Notes: a model not told the origin generated them from the letters alone. Positions 9,187 through 19,366 are shown, numbered from the stretch's first letter. The stretch is 64,000 nucleotides of DNA from Microcoleus sp. (GCA_052279835.1 CP181291.1:1376001-1440000); one strand, 5' to 3'. Numbers and translations are program-made.

Positions 9187-9612
9187 TTAGAGAAAGCGCT
9201 GCAATTCCTGCTGTAAATATTCGCACCATTTAGTCGCTAGAGGAATTTCTGTAAAGGGAACCTGGACAGCAGCAGCATCTTGAGTATCTTTTAACAAAAA
9301 TTCTAGGAGGATTGGACTTCCAGCACTAGGCGGATTTTCTAAATCTACCACAGAGCCGTTAACTAAAAGTTGCAGGGACTGCACATTTTTCAAGGAAAAA
9401 GTTTGCAAGTTCACAGGTCCTCTGCGAGTAGGCTTTCCCCAGGTTAAACAATCTTCTTGCTGACCGAGTACAGCATAAATATCGTACTTTGCCCGATCGA
9501 ACTTTTCGGCCCACACACGATAGGCTTCCAGTTTTTGATACTCGTTCCATCCAGCCCAAGCCAGAAAAATAAAAATTGCTAGCAGTGGCAGCCACATTAA
9601 ACCTCTTTCCAT
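9187..9612 (-). CDS. Conserved cyanobacterial hypothetical membrane protein
   Basis: MERGLMWLPLL..WAGWNEYQKLEAY..AKYDIYAVLG with an N-terminal TM helix. Confidence 0.75.
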   Translation of the reverse strand: MERGLMWLPLLAIFIFLAWAGWNEYQKLEAYRVWAEKFDRAKYDIYAVLGQQEDCLTWGKPTRRGPVNLQTFSLKNVQSLQLLVNGSVVDLENPPSAGSPILLEFLLKDTQDAAAVQVPFTEIPLATKWCEYLQQELQRFL

Positions 9613-9617
9613 ATTAA

Positions 9618-9778
9618 TTGATTGTTGACTGTTGACTGTTGATTGTTGACTGTTGATTGTTGACTGTTGACTAACAACCTATTAAATTGCTATTAACCAA
9701 TAACTATTAACCAATAACTATTAACCAATAACTATTAACCAATAACTATTAACCAATAACTATTAACCAATAACTATT
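9618..9778. repeat. STRR tracts: (TTGACTG/TTGATTG)n followed by (CTATTAACCAATAA)n
   Basis: Directly visible tandem 7-mer and 14-mer repeats. Confidence 0.9.
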
Positions 9779-11849
9779 AAGGTGACGTTCTCTGCGGGGG
9801 GGGTGGCAGTTCAGGTGAGGGTGAGGGAAGCTCCGACGGACTAGGAGATGGACTTTCCGGCGGTGGCGGAAGTTGACCCGGTACTGGTTCGGAATTTTGG
9901 AGGCTTCGCACCCACAAACCTAAACCACCGCAAACCAACACGATCGCCAACAGTCCCAGTAGCGGGAGCAAACGCTGGAATCCCGGCTGTTTTTGAGCCG
10001 GTTCCTCGGCGGGGGCAGTTTCTGGGTACAGCAACTGTTTGGAGGATTCTGAAAGTTGAGACTGAGACTGTGTTTGAGGCATCGAGAGTGATTTCTTCAA
10101 TGACACCGAACCCGACATCGGCTTTGACATGGGCAATGACACCGACGGCGACATCGGTGCTGACTCCTCAGTCGGTTGAAATAAGATCAATTTCTCCGGC
10201 GACATCCGACAGTGAGTCATCACTACAGAAGTGTTGTCATAACCGTTTTTCTCATTTCCCAGGTTAATCAGATACTCAACGGCCACCTCCAAAGACATTT
10301 CGCCCTTAAGTACCGCAGGGCCATAACTCTCCCAAGATTGCTCCACCCAGTCATTGTCGCTTAAACCGTCGGAACATAGCAGCAACAAACCTTCATCTTC
10401 CACAATAAATCGCTGAATCGTGGGTTGCAGGAAATCGCCGTCCCGCGTGCCCAAGGCTTGAGTCAGAGCTCCTGCATCACTTCGCCTTTGACTTTCCCAA
10501 TACAAACTATGTCCCAGTCGCACTTCCCTAGAAGCCACATCGTCATCCACAGTCAGCCGCTGGCAAGAATTTTCTGCGATCCAATAGGCGCGACTATCTC
10601 CCACATTCACCAAATAGAGCTCGTGGCCGTTATTCGATCGCACATCCTCCGAAACAACCTTAATTTTTTGAGGTAACTGGAGAGCCATGACCAAAGTTGT
10701 CCCCATCCGCTCCCGTAACTCCTTTCCCTGCTCGTTATTCTGAGCGGAAATCACATTATTGACAACTCTCACAATCTCTTGAAGTTGTTTTGTGACCATT
10801 GTCGGTATCATCAACTCATCTTGTTCAGCGATTTCTGCCAGGAAATTTTGAATCAAAGCTTTCAGAGACTGCACCGCTAATTGACTGGCAACTTCTCCAC
10901 CTTCGTGACCTCCAACCCCATCGCAAACTATGGTCAAATAAGGAAGCAATTTGTCACTTCCAGAAATTTTGCTAAATTTAAAATCCGCAGCATTCGGATA
11001 GCAACTATCTTCATTTTGAGAACGTTGAGGTCCGGTATCCGTCATCCCAAACACATCTAAATGTAAAGGTAATTGGGCGGCTTGTTCTAACAGTAAATCA
11101 TTGAGTTCGAGGACGATCGCCTCAAAATTCATGCTGCTGCGGCGCATAAACCGACAAATTTCTCCCAGTCTCGACTTTACCTGGGGTTGAGCCGATTCCA
11201 CCAACCCAGACCACACATCTCCCAAATCCCGCAAAGTCGGCACAAAATTGCCCTGATGCAGTTCCAGCAACCGCACCCGCCAGCCTTCCACCCGTAAATT
11301 TTCCGGTACTAGCAAACTAGAAGCCACTCCCTGTTCCGATAATGGTGTCCACAGTTGCAGCATTTGCCAAAGCCAATAAACTTGTCGCACAGCGCTAGTT
11401 TTCGACCAAGCTTCTAAGATAGAAGGATATAGGCGACCAAAAGTGGTGATGGGTACATTTTCGAGCAAGAGTACATCGAAGGTTTGGGCTGCTTCTGCCA
11501 GTTGATAAAAACCGTATACTTCAGGTATATGCAGCCTTTGGGGATATAAGTGGAGGTAAGGCATAATTGCATCCGGCAGTTCTTCTGGGACGCTAGGAAG
11601 CAAATCTGGACGGCTATCGAGCCATATTTGGGGTGCGATCGCCAAATAGCGATCGCCGATGGTTTTACCCTGCGGCACTTCCTCCACATCTGGTCCCACC
11701 GCCCACAAATGTCGATAAATTAGAGGTGTGGAGCAAGCTGCACAGTGCTGTCGCCCAAAGGTATTGCGGGGTTCGGGACAGGCAAGATTCGGGCAATAAA
11801 TGGATTCGGAGAAAGTGTTCATCATATCGGGTAGTTTGTGTAAAAACAT
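9777..11849 (-). CDS. PP2C-type Ser/Thr protein phosphatase with N-terminal Cys4 ribbon and C-terminal TM/Pro-rich tail
   Basis: TDTGPQRSQNED, VCDGVGGH, VGDSRAY, LCSDGL and GYDNTS motifs; CPNLAC..CAAC. True start may be a downstream Met. Confidence 0.9.
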   Translation of the reverse strand: MFLHKLPDMMNTFSESIYCPNLACPEPRNTFGRQHCAACSTPLIYRHLWAVGPDVEEVPQGKTIGDRYLAIAPQIWLDSRPDLLPSVPEELPDAIMPYLHLYPQRLHIPEVYGFYQLAEAAQTFDVLLLENVPITTFGRLYPSILEAWSKTSAVRQVYWLWQMLQLWTPLSEQGVASSLLVPENLRVEGWRVRLLELHQGNFVPTLRDLGDVWSGLVESAQPQVKSRLGEICRFMRRSSMNFEAIVLELNDLLLEQAAQLPLHLDVFGMTDTGPQRSQNEDSCYPNAADFKFSKISGSDKLLPYLTIVCDGVGGHEGGEVASQLAVQSLKALIQNFLAEIAEQDELMIPTMVTKQLQEIVRVVNNVISAQNNEQGKELRERMGTTLVMALQLPQKIKVVSEDVRSNNGHELYLVNVGDSRAYWIAENSCQRLTVDDDVASREVRLGHSLYWESQRRSDAGALTQALGTRDGDFLQPTIQRFIVEDEGLLLLCSDGLSDNDWVEQSWESYGPAVLKGEMSLEVAVEYLINLGNEKNGYDNTSVVMTHCRMSPEKLILFQPTEESAPMSPSVSLPMSKPMSGSVSLKKSLSMPQTQSQSQLSESSKQLLYPETAPAEEPAQKQPGFQRLLPLLGLLAIVLVCGGLGLWVRSLQNSEPVPGQLPPPPESPSPSPSELPSPSPELPPPPQRTSP

Positions 11850-12163
11850 TCTGAAGATATATAATTCCCTCGCCCCTATTCAATAGGGCGAGAATAAACT
11901 GATTTTAGCCCCTATCACTTTCTTAATTCCTAGAAATTGTCATTTCCACCACGGTCGATCGGCTAAAATTGTAATCTAAGTTACTAAAACTGGTATTCAG
12001 GGCGATCGAAGGCTCAGTCTGGCGATCGCCCCATCAAGTTCATCCAGCTACCTCCAAAATCTAGCAACGATTGGAAATTCGCCAACCTTTACGGAGTTAG
12101 TCTTTCGCCATTCTGTAATCCTTTAATTCATCAATCAAAAATACTATTACCCCAACTCTTGTT

Positions 12164-12595
12164 ATGCTGTGGAATCCTACGCTATTTTGGCTGATATCTG
12201 GGGCATTGCTCTGTTTAGCAGAACTATTTCTCCCCACTGCTTTTGTAGCTTTCATGATGGGACTCAGCGCCTTCGTCGTAGCTGCAATTTCTTTAGCTTT
12301 ACATTACGTTAATTTACAAATATTCCTGTGGATGCTCTTTTCGGTAGTTTTTGTGCTAACTACCAGGCGCTTGATACCAAAAGGCAAGACAAGGGCGATC
12401 CAAGATGACAAAGAAGCCAAAACTTTAACAGAAATTCCCCCCGGAGAAGCGGGCCGAGTAATTTATGAAGGCAATTCTTGGCGAGCACGCTGTGAAGATT
12501 GCGACACCGCTATTCCTCCCAACCAAAACGTAATTGTAGTCGGACGGAAAGGCACTACTCTGATAGTAGTTCCAGAAAATTTGCTGCATTCCTAA
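12164..12595 (+). CDS. NfeD-like C-terminal OB-fold membrane protein
   Basis: Hydrophobic N-terminus, GRVIYEGNSWRA and VIVVGRKGTTLIV. Confidence 0.88.
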   Translation: MLWNPTLFWLISGALLCLAELFLPTAFVAFMMGLSAFVVAAISLALHYVNLQIFLWMLFSVVFVLTTRRLIPKGKTRAIQDDKEAKTLTEIPPGEAGRVIYEGNSWRARCEDCDTAIPPNQNVIVVGRKGTTLIVVPENLLHS

Positions 12596-12750
12596 AAAAA
12601 TGCCAAATGGTTTATGGAGAATGGGGAATCGGGAATTGGGAATAGGGAATTGGTAGTTGGGAATGGTTGATGGGGAATGGTTCATGGTTCATGGTTCATG
12701 GGGCAACCCCCCTCTGCCCCCCCAAAGAGGAATGTGGAAGGAAAGTCAAC

Positions 12751-12855
12751 GACAGCAGTAAGGTGATGTTTATGGACCCGCGGAGCATTCCCGCTACCCT
12801 GGAAGGAATGCGATCAATTGTTGGGGAAGGTAGTAGTAATGAGGTAAAAAAATAG
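12751..12855 (+). pseudogene. C-terminal remnant of SPFH/band-7 (stomatin-like) gene
   Basis: Translates [27 protein letters not shown]..., which I recognise as the C-terminus of the cyanobacterial NfeD-linked SPFH protein. The rest of the gene is absent. Confidence 0.7.
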
Positions 12856-12890
12856 TCTGAAAATTGATAGTTTGTAGTAGGTTTAACTGG

Positions 12891-13049
12891 TTCCCCGGCT
12901 CTGCCTGGGAACCAATGCCTAGAGGCTCTGCCTCGCTTTCCCCGGCTCTGCCTGGGAACCAATGCCTAGAGGCTCTGCCTCGCTTCTTAGCACAAAAATT
13001 GGAGGCAGAGCCTCCGGATATGCGTTACCAGGCAGAGCCTGGGAACGAG
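12891..13049. repeat. GGCTCTGCC/GGCAGAGCC palindromic repeat element with a 47-bp tandem duplication
   Basis: ttccccggctctgcctgggaaccaatgcctagaggctctgcctcgct occurs twice (12891, 12938), followed by the inverted arm ggaggcagagcc...ggcagagcctgggaac. Confidence 0.85.
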
Positions 13050-13075
13050 TAATTGCCAATTACCAATTACCAAAT

Positions 13076-13468
13076 TTAAGATTGTTGAGCGAGAGTACAT
13101 CGATCGCACAATCCGAAAAATTCCAAAGTGTGATAATAAATCTTAAAAGAATGAGATTGCTGCAATTGGCTTTCTAAGTGGTGAACCGGACATTCATCGA
13201 TCGGAATTGAGGCACCGCATTCCAGACAAGTTAAATGATGTTGATCTTGGTGGGCGGCACCGTAAAGAGACTCGCCACTAGCAAGAGTTCTGACGTGAAC
13301 GAACCCCTCTCGCTTTAAACCGTCGAGGGAGCGATAAACGGTTGCTAAGCCCATGCTTTGGTCGCTGTTACGGAGTTCTAAGTAGATATCTTGCGCTGAG
13401 AGCGATCGATTCAAGTGCTTGAGCAAGTGTAAAATACGCTCCTGACTACGGGTGCGGTTGGTTCTCAT
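13076..13468 (-). CDS. Fur-family transcriptional regulator (Zur/FurB-like)
   Basis: GLATVYRSL helix, HHLTCLECG and FFGLCDRC. Confidence 0.92.
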   Translation of the reverse strand: MRTNRTRSQERILHLLKHLNRSLSAQDIYLELRNSDQSMGLATVYRSLDGLKREGFVHVRTLASGESLYGAAHQDQHHLTCLECGASIPIDECPVHHLESQLQQSHSFKIYYHTLEFFGLCDRCTLAQQS

Positions 13469-13606
13469 AATTTTTTTGTGTAATCTGCTGGAATCAAATC
13501 TATCGCTGTTTCTAGGCTAGCTTACTTGGGGGAAAGGGCGATCGAGCAACAGCCACCTAGTTGTAGGATAAAATAGCTCTAACTTTCGCATCACCTACAC
13601 ATTGCT

Positions 13607-13891
13607 GTGACTCAAAAATATTTTGCCCAAATTTATGTTACCCTCCGCCCTTCGGTTTTAGACCCCGCAGGCACGGCTGTTCAGTCTGGTTTGCAACACA
13701 TGGGATACGACAATGTTGAGCGCGTGCGAATCGGGAAATACGTTGAAGTGACTCTGACTGCTGCTGGCGAGTCGGAGGCGCGCGAACAACTCGATCGCAT
13801 TTGCGACCAACTTTTGGCCAATCCAGTGATTGAAAACTATCGGGTTGAGTTGACTGAAGTTCCTGTTGCTATGGAGACAGCGGGGGTATAA
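13607..13891 (+). CDS. purS: Phosphoribosylformylglycinamidine synthase subunit PurS
   Basis: LRPSVLDPAG, VRIGK and LLANPVIENY. Confidence 0.95.
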   Translation: MTQKYFAQIYVTLRPSVLDPAGTAVQSGLQHMGYDNVERVRIGKYVEVTLTAAGESEAREQLDRICDQLLANPVIENYRVELTEVPVAMETAGV

Positions 13892-13928
13892 GTGCGATCA
13901 ATCTTTCGGGTGTGTTTTAAAACCCGGA

Positions 13929-14045
13929 GATCCCCCCTAACCCCCCTTCTTAAGGGGGGGACAAAAGTGTTCAGAGTCCTCGTTAAAAACACGAGAACTC
14001 CAAACACATCAAAGTCCCCCTTCTTAAGGGGGATTTAGGGGGATC
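13929..14045. repeat. Palindromic CCCCCTTCTTAAGGGGG repeat element
   Basis: gatcccccctaaccccccttcttaagggggg ... cccccttcttaagggggatttagggggatc, followed by a (CTTCTTC)n tract at 14081-14115. Confidence 0.85.
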
Positions 14046-14139
14046 GAGACTTCTATACAAACGAAGGTACTCTCGGTTTTCCTTCTTCCTTCTTCCTTCT
14101 TCCTTCTTCCTTCTTGCCTCTTCCCTCGGACTTCTGCTT

Positions 14140-14841
14140 ATGAAATTTGGAGTTATTGTTTTTCCTGGTTCAAATTGCGATCGCGATGTGGCGTGGGTAA
14201 CTCAAGGGTTACTACACCAACCAACGCGGATGATTTGGCATGAAGATACCGATATTTCGGATATCGACATTATGGTAGTTCCCGGTGGTTTCAGTTACGG
14301 AGATTATTTGCGGTGCGGTGCGATCGCCCGTTTTTCTCCAGCGATGAAAGCGACTGCGGAACACGCCAACAAAGGCAAACTTGTACTGGGAATTTGCAAC
14401 GGTTTTCAGGTGCTGACTGAAGCTGGTTTGCTCCCCGGTGCTTTGGTGCGAAATGCGGGCTTGAATTTTATTTGCGATCGCACTTCGTTGAAAGTCGAAC
14501 GCAGTAATACTCCTTGGACTTCCGCTTATACCTCCGGTGAAATCATCGATTTGCCCATCGCCCACGGAGAAGGCAACTATTATGCCGATGCCAATACTTT
14601 GGCAGAACTAGAAGAACACGATCAAGTGTTGTTTCGGTACTGCACAGAAGCGGGCGAAATTAATGATGCTGGGAATCCCAACGGTTCGTTAAATAATATT
14701 GCGGGCATTTGCAATCTGGCTGGCAATGTGTTAGGAATGATGCCACATCCAGAACGGGCATCCGATCCGATGTTGGGTGAGACTGATGGGATGAAATTAT
14801 TTCAAGGGTTGCTGATGTCAACTGTGGCCGCAATTTTATAG
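14140..14841 (+). CDS. purQ: Phosphoribosylformylglycinamidine synthase subunit PurQ
   Basis: FPGSNCD, PGGFSYGDYLR, GICNGFQ and GMMPHPER. Confidence 0.96.
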   Translation: MKFGVIVFPGSNCDRDVAWVTQGLLHQPTRMIWHEDTDISDIDIMVVPGGFSYGDYLRCGAIARFSPAMKATAEHANKGKLVLGICNGFQVLTEAGLLPGALVRNAGLNFICDRTSLKVERSNTPWTSAYTSGEIIDLPIAHGEGNYYADANTLAELEEHDQVLFRYCTEAGEINDAGNPNGSLNNIAGICNLAGNVLGMMPHPERASDPMLGETDGMKLFQGLLMSTVAAIL

Positions 14842-14862
14842 TTGATATTGGGGATATTTGGT

Positions 14863-14930
14863 GTAGGGGCAAGTTCGCCGATCGAGTTTGTCACCTACAG
14901 ATAATCTCCATCCACCCGCCCCGCCCAACC
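14863..14930. repeat. REP-like GTAGGGGC...CCCGCCCC element
   Basis: Same family as the copies at 18803, 18943, 37675 and 37812. Confidence 0.6.
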
Positions 14931-14975
14931 GAGAATCGCGATCGACTTTTTATTCAACCAAAAATTCAATCAATT

Positions 14976-15656
14976 TCAAGTTTTTCTAGGACTTGCAAGG
15001 GCAACAGTTCCATATACCGAAATTCCTGACTGCTTCAATACTTGAATAGCCGATCGCACCGTAGTACCGCTAGTATAAATATCATCAACTAACAACACGC
15101 GATCGCCAGGAAGTCTGCGACGAAAATCCTTACCCAAAATTAAAGCATCCTTCATTTCGGCTTGCCGCTGTGCGATAGAAAGTTGAAATAGTGCCTCAGT
15201 ATACTTGATCCGTTCTAAACCATGTCGCTGTAAAGGCAAACCCGTTAACTCGCAAAAACTTTCCGCCAAAAGTTCCGCTTGATTAAATCCCCGCTGTTTC
15301 AGCTTTTCCTTATGCAGGGGAATCGGTACAACGGTTAAATTATCAATAGCTAATTCGGGAAAATTTAGCCAAGCTTCCGCCATCCAATAGCCGAGGGATT
15401 TGGCTAACTCTGGACGATCGTTATATTTCAAAGCTGCGATCGCCCGTTTCAGAGCCCCGCCGTACTCCCCCCACACAAAAACAGCCTTCTGGGAATCCCA
15501 AAATGCACCAGGATCGGCTAATCGACAGCCTTGAAGTTGCTGGCGACAGTAGGGACACAAATCTGAGGTAGCTGGTCGCTGACAAAGAGGACAGTTAGAC
15601 TTAAGAAATAAATTGAGAAAAGATTTGACGAATTTCGTCCATTTTGGATGGTTCAT
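14976..15656 (-). CDS. comF: ComF family protein (double zinc ribbon + PRTase)
   Basis: CPLC..CPYC, VPIPLH, RGFNQA and LLVDDIYTSGTT. Start at MNHPKW assumed. Confidence 0.88.
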   Translation of the reverse strand: MNHPKWTKFVKSFLNLFLKSNCPLCQRPATSDLCPYCRQQLQGCRLADPGAFWDSQKAVFVWGEYGGALKRAIAALKYNDRPELAKSLGYWMAEAWLNFPELAIDNLTVVPIPLHKEKLKQRGFNQAELLAESFCELTGLPLQRHGLERIKYTEALFQLSIAQRQAEMKDALILGKDFRRRLPGDRVLLVDDIYTSGTTVRSAIQVLKQSGISVYGTVALASPRKT

Positions 15657-15728
15657 ATTAAAATTGCAATAAGTGATTAATCGGGAAAGATTAGAATTTT
15701 CAATCAATTTCCTAGAAAGGCTAACACC

Positions 15729-18200
15729 GTGGACAACCTCTACTGGCTAGACAAAATTAAACTATCTGACAGGGATGCCGTGGGAGAAAAAGCATTTTAC
15801 TTAAGCTGTTTAATGCAAAAAAATTATCCCGTCATACCCGGTTTTGTTGTGCCGGCAAAAGCGTTTTGGCAGTTTCTAGAGTCCATAGACTGGTTGGAAC
15901 CGCTGTTTGCAGACTGGCCAAACTCTTCACTGCACTTGAATGTCGATGAACCAAAACAACTCCAAGCCATCGCCCGCAGCATTCGCCGACAAATCACCTC
16001 CACCAAACTACCAGATTCCTTACTCTCCACCCTGGATGCGGCGGTTTCTCAACTAAACTGCAAAGCATTAATTTTTCGCCCTTCCCTGACTGCGCCAAAT
16101 CCGAACACCGCCGGAATGCTAGAATCTCAAGCAGTGCGCGCCGAACCAGCAGCCATCGAGGCCGGACTCAAACGAGCTTGGGCTGAACTGTTCAGAGCCC
16201 AAAGACTATTTTACTGGCAACGGTGTGGCATGAATGTACAGGAAATTAATCCCGCAGTTTTGGTGCAGCCACTCTCTTGTGCGATCGCCGCCGGTGCGGT
16301 GGAAACTAACAGCAGTGAAGGCTGGGAAATCCAAGCCACCTGCGGTTTAGGAATGTCCCTCGCTAGGGGAGAAACCATCCCCGATTACTATCAAGTGCAA
16401 CCGGAAACAGGCAAAATTACCATCCAGCGATTGGGTTACAAAACATTAGCTTATCATCTCAAAAGCGACGAAATCCAATCGGAGGAAAAATCATATATCG
16501 GAAAGGGGAACACTTTCCAAATTCCTAATTCTCAGTTTCCCCGACCAAATTCTGCTGGAAGTTGTTTGGATATTTATATATTAGGTGAAAAGTTACAAAA
16601 TGAATATGTATTAAATCAGCATTTGTTACTAAAGTTACTCGATATGAGCAAAAAAGCAAGGAGTGAATTCGATTTCGAGCTAATTTTAGAGTGGACGATG
16701 AATCAGTCGGCAGAATGTAACGAACCGGAGTTTTATTTTACTCAAGTTCGCCCATTGAAAAACAAAACAGCCCCGCAAATATTGGAAAATCCGACCGCAC
16801 AAACTAACCAAAATTTAATTGGCCTAGGCAGAAACCCTAGGCTACTAAAAGGTTTGGCTGCTGCATCAGGAAAAGTTAAAGCAATTGCCCAAGTTATGGC
16901 TAATTCCCATCCAGAAAATTCGGAATTTGTAGCCGGGGGAATTTTGGTGGCACGGGCAATTTATCCCCATTGGCTACCTTGGCTCAAATTAGCTGCTGGG
17001 ATTGTTTGCGAACAAGGAGGTATGACCGGTCATGGGGCGATTTTAGCTAGGGAGTTGGGCATCCCCGCTGTGGTGGGAGTTGTCGGTGCCACTCGCGCGA
17101 TCGAGACTGGGGATTCGGTGTGGCTAGATGGTGACACCGGAGAAGTTTTTGCATCCGCTCAAATTGAGGGAATCGACCCTACAAACATCAGCAATTATGG
17201 AGAAATAGCCAATCATGCAGATTTGTCCATTACAGCAGCCAAAATGTCGATCGCCCATCACCAATTCCCGACAGCATCTCCATCCCATCTAGAACCAAAA
17301 TCTCAGCCATCAGAATTACCTCAAAATGTTGTCAGCCCAGCAACAGCGACTCAACTGATGGTGAATGTCAGCCAAATGAGCTCCATCGAGCATCTCAGAA
17401 ATCTGCCCATAGACGGCATTGGATTAGTGCGATCGGAATTAATGGCCATGGAAGCTTTGGAAGGTCTAAATCCTCAAGTTTGGTTGCAAAATGGTCGAGA
17501 ATCTGAATTTGTGCATCGCATGGCGAATCAGTTAAATTTATTTGCTGCCGCAGTCTTTCCCCGTCCCATATTTTATCGCTCCCTGGATTTACGGGAATCG
17601 GGAATCCACGGTAGTTTCAGTTATACCTTTGAACCAGAGTTATTTGATTGGGAATTAAAGGTACTAAAAACATCCTGGGATTCTGGCTATACAAATATTA
17701 ATTTACTTTTGCCATTTCTGCGCTCTGTAGACGAGTTTAGCTTCTGCAAGCAGCGTTTAGAAACAGTTTGGGAACAGCGACCTGTTGAGTTTAAACTGTG
17801 GATTATGGCCGAGGTTCCTTCGGTTTTATTTTTATTGTCAGATTACGTGAAAGCAGGAGTTCAAGGGATTTCCATCGGCACCAATGATTTAAGCCAATTT
17901 ATGTTAGGAGTTAACCGCAACTCGGCAGATATGGCTAGCGCTTTCAGTGGGCGCAATCAACCAATGATGAGGGCGATCGAACAATTAATCCTTCAGGCTA
18001 AGGAGGCGGGAATTCCTTGCTCGATCTGTGGGGATGCTCCAGCTTTATATCCACAGATGATTGACTCCCTCGTGCTGTGGGGGATTTCCTCGATTTCTGT
18101 GAATGTGGACGCTGTGGAACAGACTTCTAAGGCGATCGCCCGTACCGAACAGCGTATCATCCTAGAGGCGGCGCGAGCGATCGTTAAAAATAATCATTAG
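15729..18200 (+). CDS. PEP synthase/PEP-utilising enzyme-like protein
   Basis: VGEKA..PVIPGF N-terminal domain, phospho-His motif GGMTGHGAILARELGIP, C-terminal IMAEVPS, SIGTNDL and SICG. Confidence 0.85.
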   Translation: MDNLYWLDKIKLSDRDAVGEKAFYLSCLMQKNYPVIPGFVVPAKAFWQFLESIDWLEPLFADWPNSSLHLNVDEPKQLQAIARSIRRQITSTKLPDSLLSTLDAAVSQLNCKALIFRPSLTAPNPNTAGMLESQAVRAEPAAIEAGLKRAWAELFRAQRLFYWQRCGMNVQEINPAVLVQPLSCAIAAGAVETNSSEGWEIQATCGLGMSLARGETIPDYYQVQPETGKITIQRLGYKTLAYHLKSDEIQSEEKSYIGKGNTFQIPNSQFPRPNSAGSCLDIYILGEKLQNEYVLNQHLLLKLLDMSKKARSEFDFELILEWTMNQSAECNEPEFYFTQVRPLKNKTAPQILENPTAQTNQNLIGLGRNPRLLKGLAAASGKVKAIAQVMANSHPENSEFVAGGILVARAIYPHWLPWLKLAAGIVCEQGGMTGHGAILARELGIPAVVGVVGATRAIETGDSVWLDGDTGEVFASAQIEGIDPTNISNYGEIANHADLSITAAKMSIAHHQFPTASPSHLEPKSQPSELPQNVVSPATATQLMVNVSQMSSIEHLRNLPIDGIGLVRSELMAMEALEGLNPQVWLQNGRESEFVHRMANQLNLFAAAVFPRPIFYRSLDLRESGIHGSFSYTFEPELFDWELKVLKTSWDSGYTNINLLLPFLRSVDEFSFCKQRLETVWEQRPVEFKLWIMAEVPSVLFLLSDYVKAGVQGISIGTNDLSQFMLGVNRNSADMASAFSGRNQPMMRAIEQLILQAKEAGIPCSICGDAPALYPQMIDSLVLWGISSISVNVDAVEQTSKAIARTEQRIILEAARAIVKNNH

Positions 18201-18336
18201 ATATCTCGCAAAAACCTGGTTAATCACAGTCAGAATGCCTGTTCCACAATCAATATGGTAGATGTCTATTAAAAAGCATTAAAAAAAATTGCTTTCAAAG
18301 TTAGGATAGTAGTATTGAAAAACATTTTACTCCAAG

Positions 18337-18795
18337 GTGGCCAAAATGAAATCAAGAATGATTACAACCACAGCAATCCTACTGGCTGCGATCGGTATTT
18401 TGACACCGCATCCAGTCTCAGCTCAACCAGCCACCGACGGTGGCATACAACCGGGATTTTGGCAACCAGAAGCAAAGATAGATAATACTCGCAACATCAC
18501 CCTCAGACTATTAAACGAGACTGGATTGAACCTAGAATACGGTCAGTCTGGTGTTGGTTTGTCATCCTTGCCGATCGGCAGTACAAAAAACGTCGTGGTT
18601 CGTATCGGCAACCGCACCGGCGATCTTGCCAATATTCCCATTAATGTCAAAGGTGGAACCACCACTTTGAAATACGACTATAGCGTCGATGCTCAGAAAA
18701 ACATCGTGACAGTTCGGATCTCCACATCGGACGGGCGGACTAGGCAAGACCGGTCAATCTATATTGATGAAAAAGGACGAGTTTATTCGTTCTAG
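18337..18795 (+). CDS. Hypothetical secreted protein
   Basis: Signal peptide ending VSA-Q; beta-rich mature part. Confidence 0.7.
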   Translation: MAKMKSRMITTTAILLAAIGILTPHPVSAQPATDGGIQPGFWQPEAKIDNTRNITLRLLNETGLNLEYGQSGVGLSSLPIGSTKNVVVRIGNRTGDLANIPINVKGGTTTLKYDYSVDAQKNIVTVRISTSDGRTRQDRSIYIDEKGRVYSF

Positions 18796-18802
18796 TTTAT
18801 AG

Positions 18803-19006
18803 GTGGGGGCGGGTTTATTAAGATTGTTATTTTTGGGCGATTATGGTTGGTGAACCCTTCGACTACGCTCAGGGCATCGCCCGCCCCTACAGCATTGGTA
18901 AAATGTTAGATAAAATTTAGGGTAAAACCTTGAATAAAATCCGTAGGGGTGGGTTCACCGATGAATTTTGCCACTCACAGAGCATCTTCATAAACCCGCC
19001 CCCACC
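18803..19006. repeat. Two REP-like GGGGCGGGTT...AACCCGCCCC elements, the first with a nested insert
   Basis: Elements at 18803-18890 and 18943-19006; insert ccttcgactacgctcagggcatcgc at about 18856-18880. Confidence 0.75.
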
Positions 19007-19066
19007 CAACTAATAAACCAGTTGTAGGTTAGTTTTCGTTCCACGGGCCCAACCTACAGATTAGCT

Positions 19067-19366
19067 CTAATGGTGGAGCAAGTGCATTAAGCCTTCTACA
19101 GTAGGACCGATCGCACCTGCTGAAACTTCACAAGCGACTGTTTCGGCTGCGCAGTGACTAGCATGAAGGGTGTTTTCAATAGCCTGACTGGCTCCCTCCA
19201 CCGCATCACCCCCGAATTGACCGTAAGCAGTCTCTTTGACCATTCCAGCTTGAATTTTTCTGTTGGTTTCTATGGCATTCATGTCCCAACTTTTGATTGT
19301 TTGGACAATCTCTAACCCAGCCCAAATTAACATTCCGAGCAAAACCGCACCAATCAAATATTCCAT
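19067..19366 (-). CDS. Small hypothetical membrane protein
   Basis: N-terminal TM helix, His-rich C-terminus, ATG start; co-oriented with cobS. Confidence 0.55.
   Translation of the reverse strand: MEYLIGAVLLGMLIWAGLEIVQTIKSWDMNAIETNRKIQAGMVKETAYGQFGGDAVEGASQAIENTLHASHCAAETVACEVSAGAIGPTVEGLMHLLHH

Noticed and set aside
12667..13177. Several 60-90 aa ORFs
   Set aside because: They are translations of repeat elements; only the SPFH remnant looks like real coding sequence.
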